Source: an uncultured Acidobacteriota bacterium
GTDB taxonomy: Bacteria; Acidobacteriota; UBA6911
Assembly: GCA_963843575.1 (NCBI GenBank)
Contig: CAWJKZ010000019.1
Coordinates: 256,001 to 320,000 of the forward strand
DNA: 64,000 bases
Direction: 5' to 3'
This document shows positions 28,417-37,054 of this stretch, piece by piece. The notes under the pieces are model-generated. The model ran no database searches, was not told where the DNA came from, and saw nothing but the letters and a program-made list of their open reading frames with translations. The translations under genes were made by a program, and so were the position numbers. The stretch's first letter is position 1; the number at the start of each line of letters is the position of its first letter.

Positions 28417-29385
28417 ATGCGAGATCACAAGAGGATCTTCTCCATCATTCTTGCTCTTTTTCTGGCGCTGCCCGCCTTCGCTCAGCAGGCCGGGACCCAC
28501 CGTCGCGCTGTGGCGCGACCGGGGCGACGTTCCGGCTCTGGACCTCCTGGACGGGCCGGGAGGGAAAAATCGCCAGCCGGGGACCAACTTTAAATTCATC
28601 AAGGAATCCAAAGGCGGGACTTCGCCCAAGTTTGAGGTCGAAGATGAAAACGGCGCCAAGTGGAAGGTGAAACTCGGCCCCGAGGCGAAGTCGGAAACCG
28701 CTGCAACGCGCCTGGTGTGGGCTGCGGGTTACCTTGCCGATGAGGACTACTACCGGCCGCAAATCCGCGTACAAGGAATGAAACCGCTCTCCCGCGGTCA
28801 GGAGTACGTGTCAGACGGTGGCATTGTCCGCGAGGCGCGTTTGGAGCGCCAAGACGGCGGGAAGAAATTGAAGAACTGGAGCTGGTACGATAACCCCTTT
28901 GTCGGCACGCGGGAGTTCAACGGCCTCAGAGTGATGATGGCGCTCATCAACAACTGGGACCTGAAAGAAGACAATAACGACGTATATGACGAAGGCGGCG
29001 CCGGGAACGGTACGTGATCTCCGATTTGGGCGCCAGTCTCGGCCGCACCGGCAACAGCTTCGGCCGCAGCCGCGGCGTGATGAAGGACTACGCGGAAACC
29101 AAGTTTATCAAAAAGGTCACCCCCGAATACGTGGACTTCGTCATGCACAGCCGACCCTTCTTCCTTACCATTTTCTATTTCCCCTACTACCTCTCCCGTA
29201 CGCGGATGGAGAGTGTGGCCACGCACATTCCTATCGCGGACGCACGCTGGCTTGGCAACCGGCTCGGCCAGTTTTCCCCGGAGCAGATCCGTGACTGCTT
29301 CCGCGCCGCCGGCTTCTCGCCCGCCGAGGTCGAGGGCTATACCAGGGTCGTGATGCAGCGCATCGAGGCGCTGAAGAAGCTATAG
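28417..29385 (+). CDS. Predicted secreted protein-kinase-fold protein; frameshifts near 28497 and 29010
   Basis: GAGGAGG RBS, MRDHKRIFSIILALFLALPAFAQ signal; GGTSPK, WKVK, NWDLKEDN, ISDLG motifs across ORFs 28283..29017 and 29014..29385. Confidence 0.7.
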
Positions 29386-29527
29386 CCGATCCACCCGCTG
29401 TACCCCGAATTCTGCGTCCTGGACAGCGTCAATTCCCTCCGTTGTAATGACCCTTCACCCTCTGGAGTCGCCCCGAAACCCTTGCGGGCAAAGCTCCACG
29501 GGTGCGATGGCGGAATCCGGCCTCTCA

Positions 29528-29761
29528 GGGCTCGCGCAAGAACAATTTCACATTTTGCTGACGGCTCCTGAGCCAACAGATCATGCGGCAACCAAAGATA
29601 GGAGATTGACGGAGCCGTCAGCCCTCCGGGGCGCGGCGGCGGGCGGGCATCTGCGGCGTTGCCGCTCCTCGACGATGTCACCACATCGCCTGCCTCGCGG
29701 CGCCTTGCATCTGCCCGCCCGGCGCTCGCGCCAAAATGTGAAATTATGCTTGCGCGAACCC
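29528..29761. mobile_element. MITE with type-B terminal inverted repeats and the shared internal arm
   Basis: gggctcgcgcaagaacaatttcacattttg ... caaaatgtgaaattatgcttgcgcgaaccc; flanks TCA/TTA. Confidence 0.78.
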
Positions 29762-29823
29762 TTAGTGTCGCGCGCAACCTTCTTCGCGGTCCGGGCTGAG
29801 CAGGTCAGCGTCGGCGTTGCCGG

Positions 29824-31653
29824 CTATGTTTTCCGCGTGTCCGCTGCTTGGGGATCTTCCCTGCGAAACTGGATGTCGTAAAGCTCCGAATAGAGGCCGC
29901 CTGCCGCCAGCAGCTCGTCGTGGGTGCCACGCTCAACGAGAGTATTGTCTTTCACCACGAAGATAATTTTGGCGCGCCGGATCGTCGCCAGGTGGTGCGC
30001 GATGACGATGCAAGTCTTGCCTTCCATCAAACGGTCGAGGGCTTCGAACACGGCCTGCTCGGACACGGCGTCCAGTCCTGATGTGGGCTCGTCCAGAACC
30101 AGGATGGGAGTATTGCGGATAACGGCCCGCGCGATGGCGATACGCTGGCGCTGGCCCCCGGAAAGCGTCACGCCGCGTTCGCCGACCATCGTGTCGTAGC
30201 CCTCGGGCATCTCCTCAATGAATTCGTCGGCGTTGGCCAGTTTTGCGGCGCGGATGATCTCCGCGCGGCTGGCTTCCGGGCGGCCATAGGCGATGTTTTG
30301 CCATACGGGTGCGTGGAACAGAAGCGTCTCCTGCAAAACAAAACTGATCTGCTGGCGAAGCGATTTCATCGTGTAGTTGCGTATGTTTGTCCCGTCGATT
30401 TTGACTTCCCCGGAGACGGGATCGTAGAAGCGCGCAACCAGGCTGATGATGGTCGACTTGCCGCCGCCCGTCGGGCCGACGAATGCCGCGACCTGGCCCG
30501 GCTCGATCTCGAAGCTCACATCTTTCAGTATCAATTGGTCTTGGTTGTACCCAAACGAGACTTTGTCAAATTCGATTTTGCCCTTGAAGCGCGCGGCGGG
30601 GCGCGCGCCCGGCTGGTCACGCATCCCGCTCTCGGTCTCCAGAACTTCGCGGATCCGCTCGAACCCCACCGCTGCCTTTGAGACCGTGTCCGTCATTTTG
30701 GAAAGGTCACGCATGGGCTTATACATTTTGCCCAGGTAGAGCAAGAAAACGACCAGCGCGCCAACGGTGAGTTGGCCCGCCAGTACCAGGCGCGCGCCGT
30801 AACCGAGCATCAAACAGGTCCCCGTCGCTACGACAATCTCGACGATAGGTGAGAGCTTCATCTTGATGCTGCGCGCAACGAGGGCCATCTCGACATTCTC
30901 CAGGCTCTGGCGCTCGAAGCGGCGCTCCTCGTAGTCCTCGCGGGCAAAGGCCTTGACCACGCGGATCGAGGAAAAAACTTCCTCGACAATCGAAACCAGC
31001 TCGCTCTCCTTCTTTCTTACGTCGCGCGAGGCTTTTTTGATGCGCCGGGTGAAGATGTAAACCACCAGGAAGAGCACGGGCGCAATGGAGAGCGAGATGA
31101 GCGTGAAACGCCAGTTCAGGTACAGCATGACCCCGATTATCCCCAGCAGGGTGAGGACATTGGCTAAGATGCCCAACAGCGCCGTGGTGACAAAGTCCTG
31201 AATAGCTTCGATGTCGCTCGTCACCCGGCCGATGAGGTCGCCGGTCCTTTTCGCGTCGTGCTCGGCCAGCGATAGGCGGTGGATGTGGTGATAGAGCGTG
31301 CGCCGCAGGTCGTGCATGACCCATTGGCCGACGCTGGTGGTGAGGTATTTCTCCAGTAAGGAGCTGAGTGCGCCTACGATGGCGATGACCGCCACCGCCA
31401 CCACCGCGAAGTTGAGGACAGCCAGCTTGTTCTGCCCGATCCAGCCGACCATTACGCTCATCCAATCGGGCGGCCGTTTGGACTGAAGCAGGTAATCGAG
31501 AACGATCTTTAGAGGCCACGGTTCGAGCAGGTCGGTTGCGGCTTCGCCCGCCACCGCCAGCAAGGCCAGCGTCAGTGCTTTCCAGTGGGGCCGTAAGAAG
31601 TCGATGATGCTGAGACTCTTAGACTTCTTAGCTGCATGCGGCGTCATCGTCAT
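29824..31653 (-). CDS. ABC exporter, fused permease/ATP-binding (MsbA-like)
   Basis: Transmembrane domain, GPTGGGKS Walker A, LSGGQRQR, LVLDE Walker B. Confidence 0.93.
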   Translation of the reverse strand: MTMTPHAAKKSKSLSIIDFLRPHWKALTLALLAVAGEAATDLLEPWPLKIVLDYLLQSKRPPDWMSVMVGWIGQNKLAVLNFAVVAVAVIAIVGALSSLLEKYLTTSVGQWVMHDLRRTLYHHIHRLSLAEHDAKRTGDLIGRVTSDIEAIQDFVTTALLGILANVLTLLGIIGVMLYLNWRFTLISLSIAPVLFLVVYIFTRRIKKASRDVRKKESELVSIVEEVFSSIRVVKAFAREDYEERRFERQSLENVEMALVARSIKMKLSPIVEIVVATGTCLMLGYGARLVLAGQLTVGALVVFLLYLGKMYKPMRDLSKMTDTVSKAAVGFERIREVLETESGMRDQPGARPAARFKGKIEFDKVSFGYNQDQLILKDVSFEIEPGQVAAFVGPTGGGKSTIISLVARFYDPVSGEVKIDGTNIRNYTMKSLRQQISFVLQETLLFHAPVWQNIAYGRPEASRAEIIRAAKLANADEFIEEMPEGYDTMVGERGVTLSGGQRQRIAIARAVIRNTPILVLDEPTSGLDAVSEQAVFEALDRLMEGKTCIVIAHHLATIRRAKIIFVVKDNTLVERGTHDELLAAGGLYSELYDIQFRREDPQAADTRKT

Positions 31654-32249
31654 TCAATACCTGGATGCGCATCCGCTCGGCGACGCAATAGCGGATAGTC
31701 TGAAAAAATGCCATTGGGGGTCGGAGTTCGGCTGTTGCACCTCCTCAGTTTCGGGGTTGCAGGTGTTTAAGAACCCTAAATTCGACATATGAGTTTCTTG
31801 GGGGTGCTCCTGAGCTGCTATAGAGCCTACAGTTGCCGATCTTACACCCAAATACCTGGGGGTCCTGGACAAAAGCGAGATCGTGCCGAATACCGGAAGG
31901 GCGCGGAAATTGCAGTCATTTCGGCTCGTCATGGAGTAATATGCCTGTCGGGATCCATTATGGATCTCGGGATCGTTCGTGGGAAGTTAACCTATCACCG
32001 CTCCTCAGAACTCAGGGAGAAGTCGTAGCTGACTCTGGATTTCAAAGGACCGCTTGTTTCGCCGATGGTTGGCGGGCCAACCAATAGAATACGTCCTCTC
32101 AGGAAGGTCCCCGAGGCCGCGCTAACCGCTGATCGCGCACGGCTAAGGGAGGCACGGCTGCCTTGGCTTCGAGCAATCGCGGCGGCGCAGGTGGCCTGGC
32201 AGCCAAGCTTCGTTGTTGCGGACATACAGGGAGAATCCACTGGTGCCCC

Positions 32250-32684
32250 ATGGAACGTGAACGCTTTAGCCTCCTCACCCTCATCGGTCGAATCGTGCTC
32301 CCCTTCGCTCTGGTCTATGGGACGTGGAATCCGTCAGGCCTGTCGTTTTATCATTGGGCCATCGAGCCCTTTTTCTCGGGCACGCCGGCGATCGGACCGG
32401 CGAAGGTCTTGGTGGCTCTACTCCTGCTCACGGGCTGGGTGGTGGTGATCCAGGCGACGAGGCGGTCGCTCGGATTCGGCGGCGCGATCCTGATCGCAGG
32501 AATATTCGGCGCGCTCGTCTGGCTGCTCATCGCCAAGGGTGGTGTCCTCCAACCCCACGGCGCGACGGCCTTTTCGCACCTGGGACTGGTGGCGCTCAGT
32601 CTGCTCCTCGCCATCGGGATGAGTTGGGCCATCGTGCGCCGGAAGCTGACCGGTCAGGTCGAGGTGGAGACCGAGCGGGGCTAG
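32250..32684 (+). CDS. Four-helix membrane protein (DUF6524-like)
   Basis: LVYGTWNPSG, ATRRSLG, GMSWAIVRRKLTGQVE. Confidence 0.75.
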   Translation: MERERFSLLTLIGRIVLPFALVYGTWNPSGLSFYHWAIEPFFSGTPAIGPAKVLVALLLLTGWVVVIQATRRSLGFGGAILIAGIFGALVWLLIAKGGVLQPHGATAFSHLGLVALSLLLAIGMSWAIVRRKLTGQVEVETERG

Positions 32685-32701
32685 TATCACTCTGCTGCTA
32701 A

Positions 32702-32973
32702 GGGTCTGTCACAGAATAACAGGCCCACTTTGGCGCGAGCGCCGGGCGGGCAGATGCAAGGCGCCGCGACGCAGGCGATGTGGTGAAATCGTCGAGGAGC
32801 GGCAACGCCGCAGATGCCGGCCCGCCGCCGCGCCCCTCCGGGCTGCGGCCCGCAGGCCCGCTGACTGCGTTGCTCGCTCCTTACATATCACCCCGGGTAT
32901 GCTCGTCGCTCGCGCCTTGTCAGCGGGCCTGGGGGCCTGCAGCAAAGTGGACCTGTTATTCTGTGACAGACCC
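32702..32973. mobile_element. Complete 272-bp MITE with type-A terminal inverted repeats and TAA target duplication
   Basis: TAA|gggtctgtcacagaataacaggcccacttt ... aaagtggacctgttattctgtgacagaccc|TAA. Confidence 0.88.
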
Positions 32974-33096
32974 TAATCAGTTGATAGAACCACCATGAAT
33001 GGCGGCGCGCCCTCGCGTGCGAAACCAGGGGTTCGCGCGATGTCCCAAGTGCAGCGTGCCACGCCGTCATCGGCACTGCGCTGGGCGGCGTGAAAG

Positions 33097-34227
33097 GTGA
33101 TGGTAATGACGAGTACGCCGAACGGGGATCAGCGGGCACCGGATCGCGACGAGCACCTTCTGGCGCCCGTCGATGGCAGCCACACGCCCGGATTCGAGGG
33201 GTCCTCTGAGCACGAGCTGCCCCCCGAAATCCTCAACAAACGCATTTGCGATTTCAACCTCCACATCGAAGGTGGGCCGCTCGAAAACGTGATCGAGCGC
33301 TTTCGCCGCGAGTTGGTCGAGCGCGGGATCACGAGGCTTCAGCCCGCCTTCTACCTCTCCGACGAATGGGGTGTGTCGGACGACACGGTGGCGATCGCCA
33401 TCCCCTTTTACCTGGCGGACGAGCGGCTGCGGAGGGTCCATCAGGCCAAGTCGGGCGTCGTGGAAGGCAAGAACGAGGAGGACGTCCTTCGGTACCTGCG
33501 CCACGAGATGGGCCACGCGGTCAACTACGCATACCATCTGTATGAAGACCAAGACTGGACCGCCTTGTTCGGTCCGATGTCGCGGCCGTACACCGACGAG
33601 TACCGAAGCGTCCCTTTCAGCCCGAACTTCGTGCGCCACCTGCCCGGAAACTATGCCCAGAAGCACCCGGATGACGACTGGGCGGAGACGTTCGCCGTGT
33701 GGATGACGCCGGGTGCCGATTGGACGACCCAGTACCAGGATGCACCGGCGGCCCTGGCCAAGCTTCAGTACTGCGACCGCGTCATGACGGAGGTCAAAGA
33801 CCGCGAGCCCCACGTCACCAGTGCCGTTCTCGACACTGACGTGGGCGATATCCAAGAGACCGTGGCTCAGTTCTACGACGAGGGGGGGATCCAGGGTATC
33901 GCACTGCCCTTGAGCCTCGACGGGGATCTCATGGGCATTTTCCCTCCCTGCCAGGGGTCAGCCGACGACGGCGATGCCGGCCGCGTGGCGAAGGCATCAT
34001 CCTTGATCCGGCAGCATGAGAACGAGATGGCCGATGCCGTGTATTGGTGGACCGGCATGGACCATGCGTTGACTTACGCCCTGCTGGAACACGTGGCCGA
34101 CCGCGCCGAACGGAAGGATCTCCGCTATCTCCTCGAGCACCGCGACCGGGTGCTCGTGCAGCTCGCAGCCTTCCTCACCACCCTGGCGATGAACTACGTG
34201 TACCGGGGAAGTTTCATCGCCACCTGA
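33097..34227 (+). CDS. Putative zinc-binding metallopeptidase (Peptidase_Mx-like)
   Basis: LRHEMGH (HExxH), YAQKHPDDDWAETFAVW. Confidence 0.8.
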   Translation: MMVMTSTPNGDQRAPDRDEHLLAPVDGSHTPGFEGSSEHELPPEILNKRICDFNLHIEGGPLENVIERFRRELVERGITRLQPAFYLSDEWGVSDDTVAIAIPFYLADERLRRVHQAKSGVVEGKNEEDVLRYLRHEMGHAVNYAYHLYEDQDWTALFGPMSRPYTDEYRSVPFSPNFVRHLPGNYAQKHPDDDWAETFAVWMTPGADWTTQYQDAPAALAKLQYCDRVMTEVKDREPHVTSAVLDTDVGDIQETVAQFYDEGGIQGIALPLSLDGDLMGIFPPCQGSADDGDAGRVAKASSLIRQHENEMADAVYWWTGMDHALTYALLEHVADRAERKDLRYLLEHRDRVLVQLAAFLTTLAMNYVYRGSFIAT

Positions 34228-34253
34228 GCGATCTGCCCCTCCCCGTGCGAAGG

Positions 34254-36005
34254 TCACGCATCTGCCCACGGAGGCTTCAACCCGACCGGGGAAAACTCAG
34301 GTCGCCGCTTAAGATATTTTTTCCTGTCGGCCTTCCACGATTCGAGCTCTTTCGCGACCGGGTCCGAAGGTTTCAGCCCGGCTTTCGGACCCTCCAACGC
34401 GGCCCACAGAAACGGCATCACCCGATGGCGGTGCCATCTCATCGGGTCCTCGGTCTTCGCCTCGGGGCGCGGGTCGAAGGCGCTCGCTTGCCGGACACGC
34501 TCGATGAGGCCGGACACGACCTCGTGGGCGATGGCCGCCTTCTGAGTCTTGGGGAGCACATGCCAGACTTCCCAGAGGAGTGTTTCGGGCTCGATGAAGT
34601 CGCTCTTGATGCGCTCATGGCCCGACTCCAGGTTGAGCTTTCGCGCCTTGCGCCTGAGCCGGTCGAGTGCCTTGGCGCCGCCATGCTTGGCCACCGTTTT
34701 CTCGCCATCGATGAGGAGCATGTCCTGGAGGATCGAGTCTTCCACTTTCACATGGGGATGGGCCTGCAAGTACCGGCAATGATGGACGTCGAGCAGCACC
34801 GACTCGACGAAGTCGCGCGCACTGGTCCTGCCCATCTGGCCGCGGTCCTCGAAGCTCGCCTCGTCGTACAGCATGGTGATGTCGAGGGGCGCGTCGAGTT
34901 CGGGCACCCGCTCGACGTTGAGGATCGTGGCGCTCTTGACGTGGCACTCGCCGGCGATCTGGAGCCGGTTCAGGTTGACCTCGCTGTATCGCATGATCTG
35001 GTCGGGACGGTAGCCCACCTCCTTGGGGTGGGCAGACTGCCAGTAGCCCGGGTGGATGTACTGGGCATTCAGGCGCACGGCGCGGCCGAACGCGAAATTG
35101 GTCTGGAAGACTTCGCGCGGGTCGCCGACCGGTCCCTTCGCGGGGTCCATTAGGCCCCTGGGCGGGTTCGGCGCGGGCCCCCAACCGCGGTCCAGATAGC
35201 AGTTCTCGGGCGTGGGCACGCCGGTGGCTCCGGGGTGGAACGCGCCCGCCCAGTAGCAATTGAGGATCTCGCGGAAGGCGGCGAACCGCCTGGGGGTGGC
35301 GCGCAACGCGCGATCGTCCGGGTTCGGCCAGTCCATCAGAAACAGCGACACCTCGGGGTGGTTGACCCGGTACGCGATGGCATCGGCGAGGAGGCTTCCC
35401 CCCAGAAACGTCTTGGCCGAGAACGAGAACTGACAGCCGCCGTGCGCCACCGAAGGGGCGAGCCCACTTCCCTTCATGGGGACTTCCCAGACCATTTGCT
35501 GGAGGAAGTGGACGAAGCGGTCGTCATACAGCCACACTAGAGGAACCGGCTTGATGCTGTATTCGACCGTCTCGGGGTCAATCGAGATCCGAACCGTGAA
35601 CGGCTCGAGTGTGGCATCCGGCCAGCGGAACTCGACGTTTTGCCGTTTCACCCCCCACTGGTCCTTGTCCTCCTCGAGCCTGACTGTGGCGAACATGCAA
35701 TAGGGCTCGCCATCCTTGCGCTTTTCCTCGTACTTGTCCCGGATGCCCCGGGCGACCTCTCTCTCGAGCCCCAGCATGACGTCGCTCTCGAAGTACTTGT
35801 CCTCGCCCGCTTCATCGACAGACATCTTCTTCCAGAGCTTCACCGTCTTCCTGGACTGGAACGTGGGCTCGCTGCCGATCCATGCGTCTTCCCAGCCGGT
35901 CCGGTCCGGCCGGCGGAAGGTGCCGAGAACCCCGGTCATGTGCGCATATTCCGACGACCCATGCCCCTTCTCTTCCCGTTTCCTGTCCTTGCCCTTCTTG
36001 CCCAT
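34254..36005 (-). CDS. Hypothetical protein, possible glutamine-synthetase-fold amidoligase
   Basis: 583-aa ORF with GGGAG RBS; IGSEPTF, IDPETVEYSIKP, HGGCQFSF resemble DUF2126-type COOH-NH2 ligase motifs. Confidence 0.55.
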   Translation of the reverse strand: MGKKGKDRKREEKGHGSSEYAHMTGVLGTFRRPDRTGWEDAWIGSEPTFQSRKTVKLWKKMSVDEAGEDKYFESDVMLGLEREVARGIRDKYEEKRKDGEPYCMFATVRLEEDKDQWGVKRQNVEFRWPDATLEPFTVRISIDPETVEYSIKPVPLVWLYDDRFVHFLQQMVWEVPMKGSGLAPSVAHGGCQFSFSAKTFLGGSLLADAIAYRVNHPEVSLFLMDWPNPDDRALRATPRRFAAFREILNCYWAGAFHPGATGVPTPENCYLDRGWGPAPNPPRGLMDPAKGPVGDPREVFQTNFAFGRAVRLNAQYIHPGYWQSAHPKEVGYRPDQIMRYSEVNLNRLQIAGECHVKSATILNVERVPELDAPLDITMLYDEASFEDRGQMGRTSARDFVESVLLDVHHCRYLQAHPHVKVEDSILQDMLLIDGEKTVAKHGGAKALDRLRRKARKLNLESGHERIKSDFIEPETLLWEVWHVLPKTQKAAIAHEVVSGLIERVRQASAFDPRPEAKTEDPMRWHRHRVMPFLWAALEGPKAGLKPSDPVAKELESWKADRKKYLKRRPEFSPVGLKPPWADA

Positions 36006-36199
36006 GCTGCTCCCTTCGTTTCGGCGGCCGCGGCCGCCATCGTTCGTGGGGGGCGAACTCCTTGCCGTGGGTGTTGAGCCCTGCGCCTGCGGCCATTAAT
36101 TCAGACCGACTTCACCTCTGAGAACCGGCTGTTGCGTCGTTTGCCCGGGCCTGTATCCAGACGCAGGGTCCTGGTTACGCTCTCTTCCCTGCCTGCACC

Positions 36200-36266
36200 A
36201 TGATAAAAGGGGTGAAGACCGGCGTCAGTTCACTTGTGCACACCCCATTAGTTTCTCGATGCACAT
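36200..36266 (-). promoter_or_regulatory. Tandem-box promoter P5 (divergent; amidoligase-like gene)
   Basis: Minus strand: ATGTGCATCGAGAAAC + GTGTGCACAAGTGAAC (23-bp period); CTGACG-N17-TATCAT. Confidence 0.65.
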
Positions 36267-36330
36267 CCGCTCCTTAGGAGCGGCAGTCTCATCCACTCGG
36301 AGTTTCCACCGGGGACGGCGATCCCGCGTT

Positions 36331-36396
36331 GTGAGCATTATCGGACACACGTCTGAGCGATATTGTACAGACATCGGTCTGCGGCGGCCCCATAGT
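36331..36396 (+). promoter_or_regulatory. Tandem-box promoter P6 (dodecin)
   Basis: GTGAGCATTATCGGAC + CTGAGCGATATTGTAC; CAGACA-N17-CATAGT. Confidence 0.75.
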
Positions 36397-36516
36397 AGCG
36401 GGCCTGGGCCGCATCGCGGCCCTCCGCACAATGCGTGTCGCAAGCGACGGTTCGTGCGGGTCGGGGAGTCCGCTCCCGCCGGAATTCGGAGTAATGCAAT
36501 TCACAGGAGGTCGTCC

Positions 36517-36720
36517 ATGACAGTAGCAAAAGTCGAGGAAATCAGCGCCACTTCCACCGTGAGTTTTGAGGACGCCATCGGTCAGGGTCTGGCCCGGGCG
36601 GTCAAGACGCTACGCAATGTTCGCAGCGCCTGGGTGAAGGAACAGCACGTGCGCCTCGATGGCAAGAAGATTGTCGAGTATCAGGTGAACATGGCCGTCA
36701 CCTTTGTGCTGGAGGACTAG
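36517..36720 (+). CDS. Dodecin-family protein
   Basis: AGGAGG RBS; VAKVEEISATSTVSFEDAI...KTLRNV...YQVNMAVTFVLE. Confidence 0.9.
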   Translation: MTVAKVEEISATSTVSFEDAIGQGLARAVKTLRNVRSAWVKEQHVRLDGKKIVEYQVNMAVTFVLED

Positions 36721-36873
36721 CCTCGATTTTCACAGTACGGGAACCGACTGACGCCGCTCCCAACCCCCGGGGGTCAGGCGACTTTGCGGATCCGGCCACC
36801 GACGGCGCGGCGCTGCCGATCCTGCATCTCGACGGGTGCACGATTCCCATGGACGCCTGTTTCGTCGGGGGGC

Positions 36874-36939
36874 ACGGGCAATACTGACCAGACGTCTGAG
36901 CACTATCGAACAGACACGCGCTTGTCCTTGGAGTACAAA
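36874..36939 (+). promoter_or_regulatory. Tandem-box promoter P7 (PBP and mgtA)
   Basis: ACGGGCAATACTGACC + CTGAGCACTATCGAAC; CAGACA-N17-TACAAA. Confidence 0.78.
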
Positions 36940-37054
36940 CGATTGTGCAGGTTGCGCTCGGGGAGCGGCCAAGCGGGGATGGGGCGTTCCAGGACGCCAA
37001 AGGATTATGCGGCCCTCAGGCAGTGGTGAAATATTCCGACTATTGTACCGGAAG

